From assembly GCF_009914755.1 (NCBI RefSeq), contig NC_060931.1: DNA of 64,000 bases. One strand, written 5' to 3'. The translations under genes and the position numbers were made by a program. A model generated the notes under the pieces. It saw only the letters and a list, made by a program, of their open reading frames with translations, was not told the origin of the DNA and ran no database searches. Below are positions 30,141 through 41,200 of the stretch, one piece after another (position 1 is the first letter of the stretch; every line of letters begins with the position of its first letter). The stretch comes from the human T2T-CHM13v2.0 reference genome, Homo sapiens.

Positions 30141-30709
30141 TCATATCTGTGGTTTACTACCATGTTAGGGACACTTGCCAAGTTTCACCAGCATCACAGG
30201 TGTCCCTGCCAAGTGTGGGCCCTGGGAAGCAGACCCCAGGCCTTAACACCCAGGCATATGTAGTGAATTGGGTTTGTGTGTCATTCAAACTCACCAGGCC
30301 TGGTCTCTACCTACAAATCTGGGGCATTAAAGCCAGGATGATTCTAGGACTTTGAGAAGTGCCAATCAGCTTTGGCCATTATCTTTACAAATTTATTTCT
30401 GAGAACAAATAAGTAAACTTTGTTTTTCCTTGAATCAGAAAATTTCAGTGATGTGTTTAGTATTTTCCATCAGAGGTAAACTATGGAACTCCACCCCCAC
30501 CCTGCCCATAGCAGGAATATGCTTTTCTTGCCAGTGCTGCTAAAATACAATTTGCATTACATCCTACTGTATGGTGGATGAACTCAAATTCATGTTCTAG
30601 AAGCAGTTCCTAATAATTCGCATTTCAACATCTTGGTAGCAACCCCCATCTCTTGTTCTTTCCTTACACAGAGGTATTGAAATGTCTGAGGGTGCACAAA
30701 GACACTTAC

Positions 30710-30801
30710 CCAACAGTGGAGTCCAGAAATCCTGTAGCACCAGAGAGTTGGGGCCAGTCAAGCTCGTTGGTAAGGGCTGTTGGTAGATTGATGAAAGAGT
30801 T
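30710..30801 (-). CDS. AOAH: AOAH coding exon (probably 12), 92 nt: NSFINLPTALTNELDWPQLSGATGFLDSTV(G)
   Basis: Acceptor tttccttag, donor gtaagt; phase 0 in, phase 2 out. Confidence 0.97.
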
Positions 30802-31583
30802 CTAAGGAAAACAATAAAGTAGCAATTATCAAAATGGTCATTTATTTTCTAAAGGTAGTAAGAAAATTCATGGCCTGAGTGTTGCTCTCTGTGTGTCTGT
30901 TTCCCACTCTCAATCTCTCGCTTTAAGGGCTTTTGGTATTCAAGGCAGATGTCTCTAACCTTCAACTTCATCAGGGAAGTCACAATGATCAGCACCACCC
31001 TTGACCTGGCTTCCGCTCAGCTCTTGTGAAACATGCAGAACATTTGGCATCTCAAACACTTGGGAGGGATGCTTCAGCAGACTAAACTTCCCATTCTTAC
31101 ATTTTCTGAGATTTTCTCCATTTTGCAGTTTAGGCCATCAGAAAGTCAATCATCTGAAAAGTAATTAATCTGAAAAATAATGCCTAATCCCTCAGAAAAA
31201 AATGCCTTCCCTGGGTTCAAAGCTATGGCCTTAAGGCATTAAGGTGGTGCCCTCTGACCTTCTTGGGGGTCTCAGACATTTTTGAGAATCTAATTGTGGT
31301 TCCTTTCCCCACAAAAATGCACGTGTATTTAACCTGGCCTGTGATTTCAGGAGGCTCACGGACCCCCTGCAACTCCTGCACAATTTGTCAAGAACTCCTG
31401 ATACAAAGTGTTGACAAAAATAGGATTCATTTGAACCACATTTCCATGGCTTGTGCAAAATCAGCAAAGAAAAATGTGATGAGTTACAACCTCATTTTAC
31501 TCCTTTTATGAGTGACTTCTGGGACTAATCTCTCCTGTGGTCTAAATTTTAGAAAAAGCTTATCTAAATTGGTATGTTTGGAA

Positions 31584-32097
31584 TAGGGCTGCCAGATTTA
31601 GCAAATAAAAATAAAGGGTACCAGCCAGGTGCTGTGGCTTGTGCCAGTAATCCCAGCACTTTGGGAGGCTGAAGCAGGAGGACTGCTTGAGCCTAGGAGT
31701 TTGAGACCAGCCTGGGCAACATAGTTAAAATTGGTTTCTACAAAAAATAACAAATTTGCTAGGTATGATGGCATGTGCCTGTGGTCCCAGCTACATGGGA
31801 GGCTGAGACAGGAGGATTGCTTGAGCCCAGGACGTCAAGGCTGCAGTGAGCCATGATCACACCCCACTGTACTCCATCCTGGGCAACAGAGCAAGACTCT
31901 GTCTCAAAAATAAATAAATACATACATAAATAATAAAGGATGCCTAGTTAGGTTTGAATTTCAGGCAAACAAGGAATAATTTTTTGGATTAGTATGTCTC
32001 ATGCATGCAATGGTTGGAACATACTTATACTTGAAAAATTTGTTATTTATCCTAAGCTCAAATTTGACTGAGTATCTTGTATTTTATCTGGGCATCT
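31584..32097. mobile_element. MER53 palindromic hAT MITE interrupted by AluJ
   Basis: agggctgccagatttagcaaataaaaata...tttgaatttcag...ctgagtatcttgtattttatctgg. Confidence 0.8.
31623..31936 (+). mobile_element. AluJ-like SINE
   Basis: Full dimer with (TAAA/CATA)n tail. Confidence 0.93.
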
Positions 32098-32743
32098 TTC
32101 TTTGGATGAAAGCTTTAAAAGCCAATATTCCCTTTTTGCCTTCGCTGACTGGAAGCCTCCATGAGTGGCTGCAAGAAGCCTTTGTATTTCTCAATATTGA
32201 AAATCCGTGCTCCCTTCGGGTAAACGTGAAAACCTTGAGTCCTCCTTTAATGCTATTTTAAAATTTAAAATAAAGTAATGTCTAAAGACAAGCATGTCAA
32301 AACAATTGTAGCTTTAGCATAATTTTCCAAATGGCACATGCTCCTGGCCTCCTGCTTTTTTCCTCATCCATGAAGATCCCTCTCCTAAGGAGACTCTGAT
32401 GCTAGAGGCTGCGAGGGAAAGAAAAGCCATTAACTCCTTGAAAGTATGTCATTGTTCTTTCTTATTGCAAGGTAGTACATGGGTTTGTTTTAGAAATGCA
32501 AACATTATAGTCATTTACAATGCAGAAATGAAAGCCCCCCCCCCACCCCGTCACCTTCCCCTAAGAGATAACTCTTGTGAGATAACCACGGTTAACAGTT
32601 TGTGTCATATATAAAACAGTTTATACGTGAAATCTACCATAAATCTTTAAACTGGGAAAAACTCAATCCTCCTATTTTCAGAGAGATAGAGAATGAGCAC
32701 TCAAAATAAATAAAATGCAAATTTATATTTCTTAATTGTGGAC

Positions 32744-33204
32744 TGTTATGGGTTGAATTATGTTTCTCGAAAAGATGTGTTGAAGTCTTAACCCCACCTC
32801 AGAATGTGACCTTGTTTGGAAATAGAGTCGTTGCAGATGTAACTAGTTAAGAAGAGGTCATACTGGAATAAGATGGGCCCCCAGTCCAGTATGACTGGTC
32901 CTTATAAGAAGAGGAGGAGGAAGAGACAGAAATGAAGACACAGGGGGAAGGCCGTGCAATGGTGGAGGCAGAGATTTGAATGATGCTTCTGCAATCCAGT
33001 TAATGGCAAAGATTGCCAGCTGTCTCCAGAAGCTGGAAGAGAGGCATGGAATAAATGTTTTCACAGACCCCCAAGAAGGAACTAACCCTGCTGACATCTT
33101 GATCTCAGACTTCCAGCCTCCAGAATTCTGGGGCAATCAATTTACGTTGTTTTCAGCCACCCAGCTTGTGGTACTTTGATATGGCAGCCAAGGAAACTAA
33201 TACA
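32744..33204 (+). mobile_element. MaLR solo LTR MLT1C-like
   Basis: tgttatgggttgaatt...ggaaactaataca; degenerate 5-bp TSD tggac/tggct. Confidence 0.85.
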
Positions 33205-36200
33205 TGGCTTGAATCGGACAATATGCTTGTTGCTTTTATTATTCAAAGGGCTAAGACATGAACCCCTTTACTATGTTTACTTTCAAAATAATTCCTAGAA
33301 CAAACAAATGTGTTCAAACGCAGCAGCAGTCATCCCATGATATCCTGTATATTTTCTGTGGGTCTCTGAGCTTCCTCTGCTCCTCCTTCTTCAATTGCCT
33401 CCTCCTTCCACACATGCCACGAAACCTCCATCCTTATTCTTATCCTAAGTGTGATTTCCAGCACGGTAGGGGCTGGAAGAGGGAGGAGTTGGTCAGGAAG
33501 TATGGCGTCCTGGGATGCACCTGTATTAATGATGATTTATCCTCTTTAAAAACCAGAAACAACCCCATAGAAAGAAAGCTCCCAGTAAATCTCAGAGGAC
33601 CATGCAGTCTCAGTGACAGGTACTTTGTCACCCCTTAGCATTCAGCACCCACCACTTTCTGCTCGAGACTCCACCATTACTGTGACTCAGCTATTATCTG
33701 TTTGAGTTTCTATTTCTCCTGCCACTACAAAGCAAAACTTTTCTCTGTGTTTTATCTTATTTTTCCCTACATCTTTCTGCTTACAATGTGTGTTTACTGT
33801 AGGATGAGAATATTCATTCTGCCAGACAAGACAAGAAAAACAAATAGAATGGATGAAACTCACAAGATATGTTTAGCAGAGATAGTGAGTAAGCAAGTGG
33901 CTTGCGAGATGCAGGCAGAATTTATGAGCTGTGTTGAGTCAGTAACCTGCAAAACACGTTGAAACTTACAAGAATGATATGGTTCTTTTCCACCCCACTC
34001 CCTCACCTTTTTCTCTGTCATCCGTGCAATGGCAACTCCAGACTTGGGAAACTGGATGAGGAACTAGGTTTCTGATTCTGTCTGGGACTGCTCTCCCTTT
34101 CACAGGAAGGAGTTAGACAAGAACTACGCAGGCATAGGCATACCCTCTGTAGCCTGGCACACTAAGGGAGGGGTAAATAATTCTGAAGTGTGCCAGCAAA
34201 GTAGAGAAAGGGCTTTGCTCTAGAAATCAGATGATCTGTCTTCTGCGTCTGGCTCTACAAATACAAAGAAGAAACACAAATCAAGAAAACTCCATGATTG
34301 GATCTGACACCACTGGAAATAAGTTCCATACCCCCGGCAACCCTCATTCTCGGTCAGGGGTGGGTGATGAACTTCTTGTCTTCAGTGGCGGAAGAGGGGA
34401 TGTCGAGAGGAGGGGTAGGGTAGGTGGGAAAACGGCAGGCAATCCTGTCTTGGGAAGTGGGATCTCCATGTTGCTAACACTCTCCAAGCTCAGTTCTCTG
34501 TGGATTAATCTGAAGAAATGGGACTCAGCTACCTGGGAGATTCCTGGAATCCTTGCTGATATCTCAGAAACTAGTTAGTCTTGGAATCATCCCCATTAGG
34601 ATTTCAGCTGGAGTGGACAGTGGCTGGTGCTGAATCACAACTGGGGCCAGGGTGAGTTTGTATTCCTCAGCGGGAGCCCTGGAAGGCCCAGGCAGACCAG
34701 GTCACTCGATGAACTTCAAAATATAGCAAACCTGTGCTTTCCTGGTTGAATGTTTTAGACTTCACTTCTGGTGTTAAGCCAAGGCTTTACTGTTATTAGT
34801 GTGCAAACTTGGGGAAGATGTATTTCAGTTTCAGTATCTCCAATGACTATAGAAATATCACCTTATTTACTTCAGCAAAACTGTGAGGAAGACCAAAAGA
34901 CACAGTCAGAAGCAGGTTGACAAGTCAGAGCCCTACTATGTGAAGCATCATGTTTAGGGCAGACCACCTAGTGTCCCTTTCCAAGTGAACTGTCCCAGGT
35001 TTAAGAGGAGTGACATTTATTTGCCAGATAATAGAAAAGGTTTGAGCACACTAATAGAAGCCTTGGCATATTTTTTTTCCTTAGTAAATTTGGTAGATAA
35101 AAATGAAAAGTAGTGGCTATTAATAGCAAATGTTTTATAGACCCTAGCAAAAAGAGAATGTTTAAGTCCTATCACATTAAACACTAAAAGCCTTATTCAC
35201 GCAACATTATATCCAAGATACTTCAGGCATTTGAGGCAGGAGGAATGCAAATTAAGATTTTCCTCATCAACTCCTGCTTATTCCTCTTGAGCATTTATGT
35301 TCTTAGGAAACTCGTTTTAAATGTACCTTAAATGTACATATGTGAAAAAGACTGAATATTTACCAAGAAAAATTTTCCAAACTTAAAGAGCGTGAGCAAC
35401 CTAGTGAGTGTTAGATCACTACCGCATTGCTTCAAAATTTCTTCTGACCTTTATCAATGATAGATATTTATTTTTACAGCATAGTTGGCACATGTTTACT
35501 ATTTTGTGTAATAGTTTCATTTAACGTTTCCCTGTGTGTGGGTATGTGTGTGTGTATTTCCATGCATCGAGAAAGCCCACTGGTTCCCATTTTTGATGGA
35601 TATTTAGTAAATACAATAATTCGAATTTGGTAATATTTTAAGCCCTAATGTCAGCAAGCAATTGATGTTCTTAAAGCTTTGTTGTGTGGGAGAAAGAGAG
35701 TAATGACACCAATCCCTCATTCATCTGATTCTGCCAGTCTTCCAGCAAAGCAGGGAGTATCCTCAGTGCCTTTCCTTCACTGTTTACATTTGGGCTCTCT
35801 CCATCCTGCACTGCTGTGGACAATCTACACAGTATATTCCCTTTTCTATTACATGTACCTGCATTAGACCTGAATGGATTATTTTCAAACAGTACAAAGT
35901 CACTTGGAGGAATCTAAGTAACTGCTGTTGGAAAAAGATAAAAAATGTCATCACCAGTTAAATAAGCATTGTTTTATCCATTCCCCAGAATTAAAGTCTC
36001 AAAGCAGATGGGGGATTGTTACTTTACCAAAAAAAGAAAATAGCTCTTGGGTTGGTATTTTTAATAACGCTGGAGAGTTTCAAGGCCCGGGAATCAAAGA
36101 CAAGGGCTACCTGCTTAGCGTTGGAACCATGGGTCTCCCAGTTCCGCTAGTTGGCTCCTCCTCCGTCTGTCCTGCAGTGGCGCTTGCAGAAGGTAAGCAG

Positions 36201-36871
36201 GGTTCCTCCTGCTTTCTGCCTCTCAGTCCCACCGTGCCACCACACTGCCTCCCATCTGCTCAGGTCCCCACCGCTCCCATTACCTTAGTGCCTTTCTTGT
36301 GGGAGCACCACATTATGCAACTTTCAGAGCCTTCCTTGGCTTTCACACACACTTTCCTGCCAGACTCCCATTTCTGTAGCCTCTGCTGCATGAATCTGTC
36401 CTACAAATAAATGTCTAACCTACTCATGATGCTTGGATGTGCTGTTTCCCAGATAACTTGCATTAAGCGAGAGTGGGGAAGAGAACTAATGCGGGGTTCC
36501 CCTTATGTGCCAGGCACTGAGACAGGAAAAACTTGCACAAATTGTTCAATTCAATTACACAACTCTGTGAGGCAGCCTTCCTCCCTCCTCTCCTCCCTCT
36601 CTCCCTTCTACAAACACTTTAGAGCAACTACCATGTATCAGATTGGATATTCCCTCTAATAAAGAACAAGTATTCACACCTCAGACAAACAGCAGCAAAT
36701 TAAATGACCAACCCTTAACCCAGTGAGAGGCTCTGGGAGGGCCCCTCTTATGATGAGCACCTTCCCTTGTTGATTCAGGCCCCTGGAGGACTTCTGTGTT
36801 TTCTGTTGTTGAAAGAATCCCTTATGCAAGGCAGCGCAGGGCCCAGGACTGCTCTGGTCTGAACTCAGATA

Positions 36872-37445
36872 TGTCTGGCCTGACATATCCCGGGGAAAGG
36901 CCCCCGGGAGACGGCGCACACCACTGCTTGGGATGACTTGCCAAGGTCATAGATCTGGTAAATAGTAGGGCTGGGATTTGAGCCCAGGTTCTGGTGGAAC
37001 AAGAAAGGGAGAGGTGTAGAGCAGGCCGGGTCAGCACCATCCTCAGCTTCCCATAGCCCACTTGTATCTGGTCCTTGCTTTGCCCCCAAGCTGCCAAATC
37101 CCATAAAATCACAAAATGGGCCAAGCTGGGCTAGATAGTCCTTGAACGTGAGGCTTCCTGGTTGCCTGTTTAGGGGGCAGTCTCCCAGATACTGCTTTGG
37201 GTGAAAAGTTCTGAAGTCCACAGATGATTTGAGAGCTGCCGCCATCTTTTCCTTCTCTCTTTCTCTTGTATGGAGACCGTGTCTAATTTATGAAGAGTGC
37301 AGAATGAATATTTTGGGGAAAAATACTGAAACCATATGTGACCCTACACAGAAACCCCCACACACCCTACTCTTCTGCACCCAGGGCCTGTCTGGCCTGA
37401 CATACCCAGGGGAAAGGCCCCCGGGAGATGGCGCACACCACTGCT
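36872..37445 (+). repeat. 57-bp dispersed direct repeat (36872-36928 and 37389-37445), 54/57 identical
   Basis: Direct comparison of the two copies. Confidence 0.95.
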
Positions 37446-37879
37446 CTGGAGGTCTGCCTTCCAGTGGGGTCTGGCAGAGGAAGTTCTGGGAGAATAGAGA
37501 GAGGATATATCATCTGGTTTCTGCCTCTGTCATCTCAGGCTTAACTAGATTAGGTAGCACAGTTCTCATAAACTAAGGCTTTAATATAGACAACTTCAAG
37601 AAAGTAATTTAACTCTGTGCATTTGATTTGTAAACCTTATAATCTCCCGTGTGTGAGATGAGTCTCATATTGAGGGAAAGTCCCTGTGGCCCTATGATTC
37701 ATTATACACACAGAGGCACACAGAGGAAAAGAGGGAGGGAGAGGGGGGAAGGGGAGGGAGAGAGAGAGAAACATCAGGCACCAGACTGTGCTGGGCACTC
37801 TGTTGGACTCCATACCAGGCAGCTGGGGGCTCCTTCTTCATGGGACTCACCGTCTAGAGGAGCACAGACAATAAACACT

Positions 37880-38050
37880 TCCCATCTGGGTAACCTGGAA
37901 GTCTTTCCTTAATCCTTCTGTGCTTCAGTTTCATTACCAATAAAAATAGCTTAATAATAGTACCTATCTCATTGGGTGGTTGAGAGAATTAAAAAAGATA
38001 ATCTATGCATGACGTTTAGACTTGTAAGAGCTCAATAAATGTTAGTAGCA
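37880..38050 (+). mobile_element. MIR SINE
   Basis: ctgtgcttcagtttc...aataatagtacctatctcattgggtggttgagagaattaaa...ctcaataaatgttag. Confidence 0.75.
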
Positions 38051-39908
38051 TTAAGGGCAGTCCAGAGTACTGTGTCAGCACATAGAAGGGACATCTGCCC
38101 CACATGTGGGGCTTTCAAGAAAGGAGTCTTGAAGGAAGTCTTATCTAACGTGTGAGTCCTGGAAGGCTAGGAAGAGAGAACCAAGCACAGAGGGGCCAGG
38201 GGGAAATAGTTCCAGTATTGCTAACACCGCATGCAAAACCTCAGGGCTAAATTCATCATATCATATCCAAAGGAGACCAACAAACACCAAGTATTACAGT
38301 TACACATTTTCATGTAACAGGTAATCCCCAAATTTAGTGACTTAAAATGTACTACACACCAGCAGATCAGTAGCAATAACTACTCAGCACCTGGTACGAT
38401 GCTTATTCGATGCACATTCAACTTCAGCGAAATAAGTCACTTTCAGGGAAAAAGTAGAGCCTTTCCTCTTTGACCCTCTGCCAGTACAAAAGCTTATGGG
38501 GGCAGTGAATAAACAATCAAATAAAAAATTCTAGCAAAATATGACAAGTAAATACAAAGAGGACAAAATGGCAAATAACACTCCATGTTTCATCATTTTG
38601 CTTGAATGCAGCTCTTTTTATTTATTTATTTTTACCTTGTCAGCTCCTCTTAGTTTCTTTCTTTTCCTTTTCTATTATTTATTACTTAAGCTCTAACCCT
38701 ATGATTTATTTATTCAATGAATGAGTCGAGGGATGCATTTCTCTCACTGCCGCATACCAAATGAGAACGCATTGTACAGTTAAACTCTTTCTACTGAATT
38801 CCCTTCCTTCCATTGTTTTTTTTTTTTTTCATCCCCTAGGGTGATTGAACTTTTTTTTAGATACATAAAAGCAAGAAAACAAGAGTATAAAATATCCTCC
38901 TCATATGCAGAGATAACCACAAATCAATTCTTTTCTAAGGCCATTGAAACAAATTCTTCCACAAACAGAAAAAAAAAAATTCCTCCAAGGGCCTGAAATG
39001 AGCACGAGGAGGTACACGTCCTCAAAGCTGACTCTTCTGATACCTTTGATTCTGTAAAAGTTTAGTCATTTCTACAACAGCCAGACTGCAATTTGTCTGG
39101 GATGTGGGTAGTTTTTCTTTTTTGGGGGTAATAACTGGAATTTGATACCAGAAGAAGTCCAAGGTCAAGTTACAGAGGGGAAAGTGGAGAAGACCTCACT
39201 GGGGCCACCTGCTCACCAGGACTGACCTGGGCTCTTGTTCCCCATGACCGTGATCATAAATGATGATCTCATTTTCTTTCTCTCCGCTCTTTCACTTTAT
39301 ACCAAGAGGCTGTCCCAAAACCTTGCCATTCCACCCCTCTGGGCATACACATCTGCTGGCCCTGGGTGACTGCAGCAACCTCTGGCCAGGGGCCCTGCTT
39401 CCTCACTCTCTTCCTACATCTTCAGTAGTGTTTCCCAGAATCTCACAGGGAGCTTCTTTAAAGTACAGATCCTGATTGGGTAGGTTTGTGGTGGGGCCCT
39501 AGTATCTCATTTTGAATAAGTGCCCTACCTGACTGCAATGACTGGCCATGTAGGGAAACCCTAATCTGCAGGCTACTGTAGCTATTCAATGTCATCCTCC
39601 ACCACAAGGAACCTCCATGTCCCCAACCTCTCCTGACAGCCCTCCTCTCCCACCCCCGTCAACAATCTGGGTCCCCTGAACCTACCCCTATCCCCGCAGA
39701 CCTCCAGGTCTCACCACAAGCTCTTCCTCCAGCTCCACTGTCTTGACTGCTCAGTTGCTAATCAACAGACAAGGGTTGGTTACATCTGGACTTCCTCTCA
39801 GAGCCTTCCTCGCCTGCCCCGGCCTTTCTCTCTTAGGTGTCCTCTTCTAGGTCTCATGGTAGCTTGTGCATGCCTAGCTGACTGCACCTAACCCTCTAGC
39901 ACTAGGGC

Positions 39909-40113
39909 AGAGGCTGGCAAACTTTTTCTGTAAAGGAATAGACAGTAAATATTTCAGGTTTGCAGGCCGTTTGGTCTCTGTTGTGACTGCTCAGTTCTGC
40001 TGTTGTCATAGACAATATGTAAGTGAACGGGCATCGCTGTGTTCCAATGAAACTTAGTTTACAAAAGCAGGGAGGGCAGTGTCTGACCCAAGGGCCATAG
40101 TTTTCTGACCTCT
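39909..40113 (+). mobile_element. MER58A hAT MITE
   Basis: cagaggctggcaaactttttctgtaaagg...gggccatagttttctgacc. Confidence 0.85.
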
Positions 40114-40241
40114 ACTCTAGGATCCAACAGACTTAGTTTGTATCTGGGCTCCATGTTTAACCTTTTGTCAGTTAGCTAAACTTGCTAAGTCTCAGTTTCT
40201 TTATCTATAAAATACATATAATAGCAGAGTCATTTCAGTAT

Positions 40242-40619
40242 TGTCTTAGTCCATTTCCTGCTATAGTCCATATTCTGCTATATTTTCTCTGTCTATATTC
40301 TGCTATAGCAAGATACCTTATAGTGTAATTTATAAACAACAGAAATTTATTGTTCACTGTTCATGGAGACTGGGAAGTTCAAGATCAAGGTGCTGGCAAA
40401 TTTGGGTCTGGTGAAGGCCTCTGCTTCGTAAATGGTGCCTTGTTGCTGGATTCTCACATGGGGGCAAGGGAGCTCTTTTATAAGAGTACCAATCCCAGCC
40501 ATGAGGATGGAGCCCTGATGACTTAATCCCTTCTCATCGGCCCCACCTCTTCATATTAACAGTGGGTATTAGTTCCAACATATGAATTTTGGGGGGACAC
40601 CAACATTCAGACCATTGCA
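40242..40619 (-). mobile_element. MaLR solo LTR (MLT1A/MSTD-like) inserted in a MIR
   Basis: TG...CA termini, perfect 5-bp TSD agtat; MIR halves at about 40130-40240 and 40620-40690. Confidence 0.85.
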
Positions 40620-40809
40620 AGTATTAAATAAGATAATGCTAAATAGGATACTTGGTGTTTGGTAAGCACATGGTAATATTTGCTTTCTATTATTATTATT
40701 AATTATCGTGAGCTTATTTGTTTATCTTCCCAGCTAGACTTTACATTTTTTGAGGCTGAGCCGGTGCTTTTCACCTCCAGAGCCCCAGTTATCCACCTTT
40801 ATCTATTTC

Positions 40810-41200
40810 TCTGTCTTTAATAATAGAACAGTGATAGTTGGGCATAGGGCTGCCCAGCCAGGGACTGCACTTCTTAGTCTCTGTTGCAGCCTGGTATGGC
40901 CATATGACTAAGCTCTGGACAATGGGGTGTGAGAAAGAAGTGATATTTGCCACCATCGTGCCAACTTCTCCCAAGGGATATGTGTGCCTTCACTTGGTCT
41001 TTTTTCTTCCCTCCAGGTGACAGGTGGCAGGATTACGGGCAGCTACCTCAGACCCCAGGATGGAAGCTGCATGTTGAGAATGACCTAACTTTCCCCCAGC
41101 CCTGGACTGCTTCCCTCTGGATTACTACATAAAAGGGAAACACTTCCATCTTAAGTCACCAAATTTGGGACTCTGTGACCACAGCTGAGCCCATATCCTG
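40810..41200 (+). mobile_element. Old MLT1-type LTR
   Basis: gcccagccagggactgcacttc...ggccatatgactaagctctggacaatgg. Confidence 0.6.

Noticed and set aside
35928-36410. 160-aa plus-strand ORF with an internal donor-like aggtaagc
   Set aside because: TTG start, antisense to AOAH, no recognisable homology or supported exon partner.
34200-36500. Possible location of the lncRNA AOAH-IT1
   Set aside because: Only a vague recollection of annotation; cannot be supported from the sequence, so not listed as a feature.
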